This document shows positions 1 to 7,545 of a DNA stretch of 32,598 bases, in pieces (the first letter of the stretch is position 1; the number at the start of each line of letters is the position of its first letter). The translations under genes and the position numbers were made by a program. Source of the DNA: Verrucomicrobiota bacterium (GTDB lineage: Bacteria; Verrucomicrobiota; Verrucomicrobiia; Limisphaerales; SXQI01); contig JANRLX010000014.1 of assembly GCA_033762115.1 (NCBI GenBank), positions 1 to 32,598 on the forward strand. The letters run 5' to 3'. The notes below the pieces were generated by a model, which was given only the letters and a program-made list of their open reading frames with translations, did not search any database and had not been told where the DNA came from.

Positions 1-143
1 GCCCCCACCCCGGGAAGCACCACCGCACGGGCCTTTTTGACTCTATCTGGATGGGTGACAACTTCCACATCAGCGCCTACGAACCGCAGTGCTTTCTCAA
101 CACTCCGCAAATTTCCCGCGCCATAATCCACCAACGCAATCAC
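1..143 (-). CDS. hisH: Imidazole glycerol phosphate synthase glutaminase subunit HisH (5' part; runs off the window edge)
   Basis: Not in the ORF track. Manual translation from GTG at 143: (M)IALVDYGAGNLRSVEKALRFVGADVEVVTHPDRVKKARAVVLPGVG, with the HisH DYGxGNLxSV and LPGVG motifs. Confidence 0.93.
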   Translation of the reverse strand, partial: MIALVDYGAGNLRSVEKALRFVGADVEVVTHPDRVKKARAVVLPGVG

Positions 144-149
144 CCTGGC

Positions 150-178
150 AGGATACGTTCCTCACCTCACCCTGTCCA
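150..178 (-). promoter_or_regulatory. Putative sigma70 leaderless promoter of hisH
   Basis: TGGACA-N17-TATCCT-N6-GTG on the minus strand. Confidence 0.55.
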
Positions 179-193
179 GAACGCGCCTGGCGT

Positions 194-757
194 TTACTCC
201 TTCACGTTCTCCGATTCCCTCAACACCAGTGGATTGGCGTGCAATTGAAGAATCCGGGGGACAATCGAGGCAAGATCGGGCAGCACATAATCGTAATGGC
301 CCCTGCCATTCCAGGGAGAACGAAGCATCAGCGAAACGGACCCAAGATTATGCGCAGCTTGTGCATCCTGCCATTTATCGCTGACCACAAATGAATGGTC
401 GAGATCAAGGTTATACTTGAAAGCTGCCTCCTGGAACAGCCCGACATTCGGTTTCCGGCATGGACAACGATCCATTTCATCATGCGGACACATTAATAAA
501 TCATCGAGCGGCAATTGGCGCTTGAGCACCAGATGCATCAGGTCAAGTTCACGGCGGGAAATATAGCCTCGTGAAATACCAGGCTGGTTGGTCGTGGCGA
601 TCAATACGAAACCGGCTTTTTTCAATTCAGTCAGTGGCGCGAGCGCCTCCGGGTTGACCTTGAACTCCTCCAGGGTGCGCGGCGCAGTCTGCTGCCCATG
701 CGATACAGCCGCCAGGTTAAGAACCCCGTCCCGTTCAAAAAAGATTGCTGACCTCAT
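194..757 (-). CDS. HAD-IIIA family GmhB/HisB-N-like phosphatase with an atypical motif I
   Basis: FFERDGVLN (canonical FLDRDG), TNQPGI, zinc motif CPH-x5-CPCRKP, SDKWQD. Start could be 757, 766 or 775. Confidence 0.8.
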   Translation of the reverse strand: MRSAIFFERDGVLNLAAVSHGQQTAPRTLEEFKVNPEALAPLTELKKAGFVLIATTNQPGISRGYISRRELDLMHLVLKRQLPLDDLLMCPHDEMDRCPCRKPNVGLFQEAAFKYNLDLDHSFVVSDKWQDAQAAHNLGSVSLMLRSPWNGRGHYDYVLPDLASIVPRILQLHANPLVLRESENVKE

Positions 758-1054
758 GTTGCCCATAAACAGCATAAACCTCGCCGACTTCGACTTTGAG
801 ATTCGCCTTATTTCTTAAGTCCGGCGTGGAACCCAAATTCGCAAAGCTGCGACAGGGCCGCCACGCCGGTGTCCACCATGACAATCAAGACATCGGTCTC
901 TGGCAACAGTTCTTGAGAAACATTTCCGTGACACTTCCACATGGGCTTCCCCCTGACAGTCCCTTTCGGGTTCAGGCGAGGGGCAGGAACCGATCTTCCC
1001 CAGTTCCCGCCGAAATCCCGGCAGCTACGATGAGAGTAGTTTAAAAGGTCTTTT

Positions 1055-1690
1055 ATGAAATATACGAAAGCAGTCTGGCTGGGTTTGTTATCAGGTTTGA
1101 TTCTCCCGTTGCACGCCAACGACAAGCATCCACTGAATTGGTCGCGGGTGGCATTTGTCGGCGAAGCCGTTCATAAATCTTCCCAGGGCCTCGTCGAGCG
1201 GCTCGGCTCCGACAACCAATGGCACCAGGTAAAAGCAGGTGATTCATTCCTGCCAGGTTCCTTTATTCGCACACAGTCCGAATCTTCCGCAGTTTTCCAA
1301 ATGAAAGATTCTGGAAGCCTGGTTCGCCTCACCCCCAGGACCATGCTTCGCCTTGCCCCTCTGGATCAGACCATGGAACGTTCCACTTTAACCGGGCGGG
1401 AGGAGAGATCAGGCTTTGTCGTTCGCGCAGTCCGGGGAAAAGCGGAATTCAAGCGCAATGGAGAATGGAAAAAGCTTAATGTCGGCGACGTCCTCGCCAT
1501 CGGAACTCCCATCAGAACTTCCAGCAAATCCACACTGGACCTCTTTCGCGCAGACACCGGAATGGTGCTTCGTGCTTCTCCAGCGACTTTCCTGATTCTC
1601 GAAAACCGGCCTCGCTCATTGTCAGGCAGACTCTCAATCGTAAACCCCCATCAGGTTCAAACTCCCATCGCTGTTGCTGCCACGCGTTGA
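1055..1690 (+). CDS. Secreted FecR-domain-like protein with two repeats
   Basis: Signal peptide; two similar units (W..VKAGDSFLPGSFIRTQSESSAVF and WKKLNVGDVLAIGTPIRTSSKSTLDL) resembling the FecR G-D-x-I-R-T-x3-S pattern. Confidence 0.65.
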   Translation: MKYTKAVWLGLLSGLILPLHANDKHPLNWSRVAFVGEAVHKSSQGLVERLGSDNQWHQVKAGDSFLPGSFIRTQSESSAVFQMKDSGSLVRLTPRTMLRLAPLDQTMERSTLTGREERSGFVVRAVRGKAEFKRNGEWKKLNVGDVLAIGTPIRTSSKSTLDLFRADTGMVLRASPATFLILENRPRSLSGRLSIVNPHQVQTPIAVAATR

Positions 1691-2536
1691 TTACCGCCCC
1701 GTTTTTCGAAATTCCCCAACGACATCTGCGTAAGCTTTGATGAGCTTGTTCACCCAGGGACTCTCTTTCATCTTCTTACCCTCCACTTCCTGGATCGGCA
1801 CGATCTCAATTCCAGTCGAGGTCAGGAAGGCGCCGTCACTCTTCAACAACGTTTCCAGCTGAGCTGACACCTCACTCACTTTCAGTTTCAACTCCCCTCC
1901 AAGGTCCATGACAAATTGCCGCGTCACACCTGGCAGCAAGCCGACATCCGGCTTCGGCGTGTACATGATTTTTCCTTTAAGCCAAAAAATATTCCCGCCG
2001 CTCGCCTCCGCCACGCAATTCTCATGGTTTAAGAAGAGAGCTTCGTCATAACCCGCCTCTTCAGCTTCTCCTTTTGCAAGCACCTGGACAATTTTGCTGC
2101 TCGTTTTCACCTGCAAGGTCTTGTCCCGGGAGCAAAATGAATAACGTGAAATTTGCAATTTCCATTTGCCCTGATCTGTCATCACGTGCGGATGCACCGT
2201 AACGCAGAACGTTGGGTTCTCCGCCCCCCTGGGAGAGTACCCGCGCTTTCCCTGCCCTCGGGTGAGTTGCAGGCGCATGATCGCTTCAACCGATTTGTTC
2301 CTCCCCAAAAGTTCATGTGCAATGCCAGTCAAATCCTTTCGGTTGAATGGAATTCGAATATTCAGTTCCGCCGCTCCACGCTCCAGCCGGTCCAGGTGCT
2401 TCTCCCAAAGAAAGAGCCTCCCGGAATAAACGCGCACCGCTTCAAACAACCCGTCGCCATAAAGAAATCCGCGATCAAAAATTGAAACCCTTGCCTGCTC
2501 TGCAGGGCAAAACTGCCCATTGAAAAAAACGATCAT
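1691..2536 (-). CDS. PLP-dependent class IV aminotransferase-fold protein, probably 4-amino-4-deoxychorismate lyase (PabC-like)
   Basis: DRGFLYGDGLFE, HLDRL, EASGGNIF and LLPGVTR motifs; overlaps the pabB stop; the catalytic Lys region KTSSKIVQV lacks the IlvE-type NY. Confidence 0.8.
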   Translation of the reverse strand: MIVFFNGQFCPAEQARVSIFDRGFLYGDGLFEAVRVYSGRLFLWEKHLDRLERGAAELNIRIPFNRKDLTGIAHELLGRNKSVEAIMRLQLTRGQGKRGYSPRGAENPTFCVTVHPHVMTDQGKWKLQISRYSFCSRDKTLQVKTSSKIVQVLAKGEAEEAGYDEALFLNHENCVAEASGGNIFWLKGKIMYTPKPDVGLLPGVTRQFVMDLGGELKLKVSEVSAQLETLLKSDGAFLTSTGIEIVPIQEVEGKKMKESPWVNKLIKAYADVVGEFRKTGR

Positions 2537-3963
2537 GCTTGATGTTTCCGATGCCTTGCCCGCCTTTGGACCCGATTAATCGCAGCCCTGAAACCGGCTG
2601 CTTTTGCCACAGTCTCTTCATACTCAGCTTCCGGGTTCGAATCCGCGACAATTCCCGCCCCTGCGTAATACCAGGCCCGGCCCTCCTTGCAAATGGTGAT
2701 GCGAATCCCAATGCTCAACTGGCTTTCACGATTGAACCCGATGTAGCCCAGGCTCCCGGTGTAAGGCCCCCGTGAAATAGTCTCCAACTCATCAATAATT
2801 TCCATCGCCCGGATTTTTGGCGCCCCTGTAATGCTGCCGCCCGGAAAACAACTTTGAATCGCCGCAAAATGCGTCACACCCTCCCGCAATGTTCCCGAAA
2901 TGGTCGATACCAGATGCTGCACCTGCGGGTATTTTTCCAGCCTTACCAGATCGGGCACCTGTACCGTGCCATACTCACAAACCCTCCCAAGATCATTCCT
3001 TAATAAATCCGTGATCATCACCAGTTCAGCCATTTCCTTCGGGCTGGTTTGCAGTTCGTAAGTCAGCTGCGCATCCCGGTTTGCGTCCGGATCGCGCGGA
3101 CGTGTCCCCTTGATCGGGCGCGTAATGATTTGTCGCCCGCTTAAATGCAGGAACAACTCCGGTGAACTCGAAATGATTTGGTGATCTCCCCAGTCCAGCC
3201 AGGCAGCAAAAGGGGCGGGCGAACATTCCAAAAAAGCATGGAACAATGCCCAGGATGAACTCCCCAATGCTGAATGGAAACGCTGGGCAAGGTTGACCTG
3301 ATAAATGTGCCCCTGCTGGATGTAATGCTGCGCCTTTCTCACCATCTCAGTAAACTGCCTTTGCGTCAGGTTGCTCTCGATCTTCCCTTCTCCTTCGCTT
3401 TCCCCCTCCCCCACCTCGCAAGTTCCCGATGCGCCGCATAAATTCCTCCAGAATTCCAGTTCGGCGATTGCCTTTTTTTGATTCCGGCTTCCATCCGCTT
3501 CCATTCCCGTGGAAATGATCGTTCCCCATCCCATCCGATGGTCGATCACCAGCACGCTGCTGTAAAAACCCACACTTGAATCCGGCAGTTCAAGGTCGTT
3601 CACAGCTTTTCGGGGAAGCCGTGCTTCAATAAAGTTCTTCAGGTCATATCCCCAATATCCAAAACAGCCTCCCATCGGAAACGGCAGGTCCGGTTCATCC
3701 AGGATTTCGAACCGCGCAATCAACGCATCCAGCAAATGCCATGGATTACCGAAAAGTGTTTGGGTGCTTTCACCTTGAACTTCACATCGTGACCCAAACG
3801 ATCGGAAACGAAGGAACGGGTTTGCCACCAGGAACGAATACCGCGAATGCGGCACATCGAACAACCCGCTTCGCAGCAGGACCACACCGGGAGCGGAGGT
3901 TAAGCTCGCTGCAAGCACTTCAGGCGGGACGCTGAGACGCACTTGTTCGAGCAGGGTGCTCAT
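2533..3963 (-). CDS. pabB: Aminodeoxychorismate synthase component I
   Basis: Chorismate-binding motifs YQVNLAQRF, SSSPELFL, PIKGTRPR (PabB-type Lys), MITDLLRNDLGRV, FPGGSITGAPKIRAM, AGAGIVADS. Confidence 0.88.
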   Translation of the reverse strand: MSTLLEQVRLSVPPEVLAASLTSAPGVVLLRSGLFDVPHSRYSFLVANPFLRFRSFGSRCEVQGESTQTLFGNPWHLLDALIARFEILDEPDLPFPMGGCFGYWGYDLKNFIEARLPRKAVNDLELPDSSVGFYSSVLVIDHRMGWGTIISTGMEADGSRNQKKAIAELEFWRNLCGASGTCEVGEGESEGEGKIESNLTQRQFTEMVRKAQHYIQQGHIYQVNLAQRFHSALGSSSWALFHAFLECSPAPFAAWLDWGDHQIISSSPELFLHLSGRQIITRPIKGTRPRDPDANRDAQLTYELQTSPKEMAELVMITDLLRNDLGRVCEYGTVQVPDLVRLEKYPQVQHLVSTISGTLREGVTHFAAIQSCFPGGSITGAPKIRAMEIIDELETISRGPYTGSLGYIGFNRESQLSIGIRITICKEGRAWYYAGAGIVADSNPEAEYEETVAKAAGFRAAINRVQRRARHRKHQA

Positions 3964-3967
3964 GCGG

Positions 3968-5230
3968 TTAAAGTTTGATCAAAGGCAGCAGGTGGCGTGA
4001 GTCCTGCAATGAACTGACAAGCGCCATCGTGAATCGATCCGGCTGGAAGAAATCGCGCGCTGCCCGTTTCACCTCGCTTGCAGTCACATCGCGGAGCCGT
4101 TGCTTGACCTGTTCAGGCGTAAAAATTTTCCCATAACCAATCAACTGTTCACCAAGCCACATCATCTGATTTTCCGTGTTCTCCAAAGAAAGATCAATCT
4201 GCCCAAGCACATAATCCCTCGCCCGCTTCAACTCCCCAGCTGTCGGTGACAGCCGGGCACAACCGCGCAGTTCCTTGACAATCAGGCGCAACGCCTTTTC
4301 CAGTTGCTCCGTCTCAAGCCCAGCCGAAATGTTCAACACTCCCACATCATCATAAAACGCAATGTTGCTGCATATCGAATAAGCCAGGCCATGCTCCTCC
4401 CGGATCGTTTGAAACAATCGGGAACTCATGTTCTCTCCGAGCACGGTGTTCAGAAGCCTCAATGCAAAACGCCGCTCATCATGTCGCGAGCAGGCCCTGA
4501 TTCCCAGGGCAACCTGTGTCTGTTCCACGTTTTTTGTGAACAACCTCACCCTCGGCTTCTGCTGTTCCACCGCCGCCGGCTGGAATTGAGGACGCCGCCC
4601 CTTCGGAAATCGCCCAACCAACGGCGAAACCGCCTTGACGATTTCATCATGCTTCAGGCGCCCTGCTGCCACCACCAGCGTCCCCTGCGTCACATAATTC
4701 TCATCCCGGTACTGGATCAGTTCCTTCCGCCGCAATACATCCAGCGTGGCTTCAGTTCCAGTCAATGATCTTCCCAGCGGCTGGTCCGGCCACAGCGTTT
4801 CATTCAGCAACTCCTGCACATGATGATGCGGTTGATCCAGGTACATCGCCAATTCCTCTTTGATCACGTTTCGTTCCTTGTTCAACTCTCCTTCGTCGAA
4901 CGTTGAATTAAGAAACATGTCCGCCAGGACGTCCCAGAGATCATCAATCTTGTCGTGACAGGCCTTTGAATAAAAACAGGTGGTCTCCTCTGTTGTGAAC
5001 GCATTCAGGTACCCGCCAATCCCCTCCACCGACTGCGAAATTTCCTTCGAGTTCCGCCTTCGCGTCCCCTTGAAAAGCATATGCTCGATAAAATGAGACA
5101 CCCCGGAAAACTGCGCAGGCTCGTACCTTCCACCCACTGCCACCCATATTCCGATGCTGACGCTCGACATGTGCGGCATCTCTGCCGTGGCGATGGTCAC
5201 TCCATTTTTGTGCCGGGTAAATTGATACAT
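3968..5230 (-). CDS. M16 (pitrilysin/MPP-like) zinc peptidase
   Basis: Inverted zinc motif HFIEHMLFKGT, NAFT, SSRLFQTIREEHGLAY. Confidence 0.93.
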   Translation of the reverse strand: MYQFTRHKNGVTIATAEMPHMSSVSIGIWVAVGGRYEPAQFSGVSHFIEHMLFKGTRRRNSKEISQSVEGIGGYLNAFTTEETTCFYSKACHDKIDDLWDVLADMFLNSTFDEGELNKERNVIKEELAMYLDQPHHHVQELLNETLWPDQPLGRSLTGTEATLDVLRRKELIQYRDENYVTQGTLVVAAGRLKHDEIVKAVSPLVGRFPKGRRPQFQPAAVEQQKPRVRLFTKNVEQTQVALGIRACSRHDERRFALRLLNTVLGENMSSRLFQTIREEHGLAYSICSNIAFYDDVGVLNISAGLETEQLEKALRLIVKELRGCARLSPTAGELKRARDYVLGQIDLSLENTENQMMWLGEQLIGYGKIFTPEQVKQRLRDVTASEVKRAARDFFQPDRFTMALVSSLQDSRHLLPLIKL

Positions 5231-5232
5231 AC

Positions 5233-5916
5233 TTAGGCGAAAGCTTTGGGCACCTGGTCCGGAGGCCCGACTCTCCGAAGGTAATCCTCCACAATATCCA
5301 CCACTTCCTGGATATCATCAGTCAAAAAAAGCAGGTCCATATCCCCAGCGCTGATCAACGACCCCTGTTCCAAGGTGGATTTCATCCATTTCAGCAATCC
5401 GTTCCAGTAACTTTTGCCGAAAAGAATCAGCGGAAATCGGTTGATCCTTCGCGTTTGGACCAGCGTCAGCACCTCGAACAACTCATCAAGGGTCCCAAAC
5501 CCTCCCGGCATGAACACAAAAGCAGTGCTGTACTTCACAAAACACACTTTCCGCGTGAAGAAATAATGAAAATTGATCGGCACATTCGCGAATCGATTCC
5601 CCTTTTGTTCAAATGGCAGTTCGATATTTAACCCAACGGACCTCCCCTTCCCCTCCGCTGCGCCGCGATTCGCCGCTTCCATAATGCCCGGGCCTCCCCC
5701 CGTCACCACAGCCAAGCCCTGCTTGGCCAGGGCTTTGGATAATTTGACCGTAGCCTGATAGTAAGGATCGGTCGAAGGAGTTCGCGCCGACCCAAAAACT
5801 GTGACTGCGACCCCCACCTGCGACATCGTTTCAAACGAATCCACAAATTCAGCCATGATCCGGAAAATTCGCCAGGGATCTTCCCGCACAAAACCGCTGT
5901 TCCCAATTGTGGACAT
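5233..5916 (-). CDS. LOG family nucleotide phosphoribohydrolase (TIGR00730-like)
   Basis: VFGSAR, TGGGPGIMEAANRGA and PGGFGTLDE motifs. Confidence 0.93.
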   Translation of the reverse strand: MSTIGNSGFVREDPWRIFRIMAEFVDSFETMSQVGVAVTVFGSARTPSTDPYYQATVKLSKALAKQGLAVVTGGGPGIMEAANRGAAEGKGRSVGLNIELPFEQKGNRFANVPINFHYFFTRKVCFVKYSTAFVFMPGGFGTLDELFEVLTLVQTRRINRFPLILFGKSYWNGLLKWMKSTLEQGSLISAGDMDLLFLTDDIQEVVDIVEDYLRRVGPPDQVPKAFA

Positions 5917-5922
5917 GCGACA

Positions 5923-5951
5923 AGACTAAAGAGGACATGCTTTTCCTACAA
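5923..5951 (-). promoter_or_regulatory. Putative sigma70 leaderless promoter of the LOG operon
   Basis: TTGTAG-N17-TAGTCT-N6-ATG on the minus strand. Confidence 0.55.
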
Positions 5952-6138
5952 TCCCGTATCTCACCTGATCACACATTTTTAGTCAGCTCTACTGTTCAAC
6001 AGTTTTGCCCAAGTTTAACGATAAACTAAAATCATTTTATAAATGGATATTTTGCGATTGCAGGATTCACAAGTGCTGAGTCGCACCAGGAAGCTGTCCG
6101 CAGCCCCGTCATCCCGGACAAATTTGAGTCAAAGACAC

Positions 6139-6168
6139 TTGCGACATACTTCCTCCCTTCAGTAACTT
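6139..6168 (+). promoter_or_regulatory. Putative sigma70 leaderless promoter of the OmpA/MotB gene
   Basis: TTGCGA-N18-TAACTT-N6-ATG. Confidence 0.55.
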
Positions 6169-6174
6169 GTTCCC

Positions 6175-6993
6175 ATGCCGAAACAGACCTGGATTTTCGC
6201 CTCAATTCTCTCCGTTCTTCTTGTCCTCGGAGTCATTGGGGCCTCCGCATGGAAGCAAAGCCACGAATTTAAGAAAGTCCTCGCCGAGCTTCAGGATCTC
6301 CAAGCCCAATCTTTGCAGCAAACTGCTCAGACCAAAGCCCTTAAGGAAGAACTTGAGCAGAGTCGCCTTGCTGTTGAAACCCTCCAGCGAGAAAAAGAGG
6401 AAGTCACAAAAGCCCAACAATCCCTCGAAAATGAAATGCGTTCCGCACTTCAATCCCGCGATGTAACCATCTCCGAACTTCAGGGCAAACTCACCGTGAA
6501 CATCCTTGACCGTATTCTGTTCGATTCAGCCGAAGCTGTCCTGAAACCCGAAGGAGAAAAAGTCCTGAATCAGATCGCCACCGTTCTCGCCCAGTATCCC
6601 AAACGGCAAATTCACGTTATCGGACATACCGATAACGTCCCCATCCGCGCCGGGCGCAGCCCTTTCCAGACCAACTGGGAACTTTCCGTCGGCCGCGCCA
6701 CCGCTGCCGTCCGTTACCTCACTGAAAAAGCTGGCGTCGACCCACACATGGTCGCAGCGGTCGGCTACGGCGAATTTCATCCCATCTCCGACAATTCCAC
6801 TCCCGAAGGCCGTGCCCGCAACCGCCGCATCGCCCTCGTCGTCATGCCTGAAGACTTTGCCCGCGTTGAAACATTGCAAACCAACATCTCCCCCGGCACC
6901 GACCTGAACACTCCATCCAACCCCGAAACCAAGGCCGAACCTCCAGCTAAACCGCTCGAAAATGAGCCTTCCACGTCAGTTCCTGCCCAGTGA
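6175..6993 (+). CDS. OmpA/MotB-family peptidoglycan-binding protein with N-terminal TM helix and coiled coil
   Basis: ILFDS, GHTDNVPI, NWELSVGRA, GYGEFHPISDNSTPEGRARNRRI. Confidence 0.9.
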   Translation: MPKQTWIFASILSVLLVLGVIGASAWKQSHEFKKVLAELQDLQAQSLQQTAQTKALKEELEQSRLAVETLQREKEEVTKAQQSLENEMRSALQSRDVTISELQGKLTVNILDRILFDSAEAVLKPEGEKVLNQIATVLAQYPKRQIHVIGHTDNVPIRAGRSPFQTNWELSVGRATAAVRYLTEKAGVDPHMVAAVGYGEFHPISDNSTPEGRARNRRIALVVMPEDFARVETLQTNISPGTDLNTPSNPETKAEPPAKPLENEPSTSVPAQ

Positions 6994-7121
6994 ACCGGCC
7001 TCGGAAGAACCTTTTCCAAATTCCGCCTTTAAAAAGCTCACACCCTCACAATTTAACTCCTGACCACAACAGCTTCTCCTTTACATCCCCTTCATTCCGC
7101 CTATATTCCACCACCTTGGAT

Positions 7122-7208
7122 GCCGACATGGCGGAATTGGCAGACGCGCTAGACTCAAAATCTGGTACTCTTACGAGTGTGTGGGTTCGACCCCCTCTGT
7201 CGGCACCA
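7122..7208 (+). tRNA. tRNA-Leu(CAA)
   Basis: GCCGACA/TGTCGGC acceptor stem, D-arm GGCGGAATTGGCAGACGC, anticodon arm CTAGA-CTCAAAA-TCTGG, long variable arm, GGTTCGA T-loop, encoded CCA. Confidence 0.97.
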
Positions 7209-7281
7209 TCCTTCCCCTTGCAGACTTTGCCAAAAGGCACTCGTCCCTTTTAATTTCAGATAGGTTCACCTCGTGTCATTC

Positions 7282-7299
7282 TATACTAGAAATAGTATA
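7282..7299. promoter_or_regulatory. Palindromic operator upstream of the toxin remnant
   Basis: Perfect inverted repeat TATACTA-GAAA-TAGTATA ending 3 nt before ATG 7303. Confidence 0.6.
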
Positions 7300-7302
7300 T
7301 TG

Positions 7303-7532
7303 ATGGTGGATGGGAAACACGAAAAGCCGCTTTCTGGATCGGTCACTCGTATGCCGACCTTCTGGCCTGTCCGCCCGAGGTTCGCCAGACCTTTGGCTTT
7401 GCGCTGGGCCTCGCCCAGCAAGGAGGCAAGTTCATCAATTCCAAACCGCTCAAGGGCTTCGGCGGGGCTGGAGTGCTTGAAGTTATTGAACCGCTGCGTT
7501 ACTCAGTTAAGTTCGCTGGGGTAGTTTATGTG
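7303..7532 (+). pseudogene. Degenerate RelE/ParE-superfamily (Gp49/HigB-like) type II toxin
   Basis: MVDGKHEKPL, then a frameshift near 7331 into FWIGHSYADLLACPPEVRQTFGFALGLAQQGGKFINSKPLKGFGGAGVLEVIE..YSVKFAGVVYV. The D-TYRAV segment and the LHAFQKK C-terminus are missing; no antitoxin follows. Confidence 0.8.
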
Positions 7533-7545
7533 ACTAGTTCCCCTT

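Noticed and set aside
946..1035. Loose resemblance to the c-di-AMP (ydaO) riboswitch (CUGA..., CCCGGCAGCUA)
   Set aside because: The conserved GCUGAAUCC and second GGGG..AAU elements are missing; kept only as an unassigned structured leader.
796..1125. Short ORFs 796-1044 (+) and 808-1125 (-)
   Set aside because: No motifs; they cover the divergent promoter region and overlap real genes or leaders.
6175..6993. Flagellar stator motB
   Set aside because: No motA neighbour and no conserved TM Asp motif, so called OmpA/MotB-family only.
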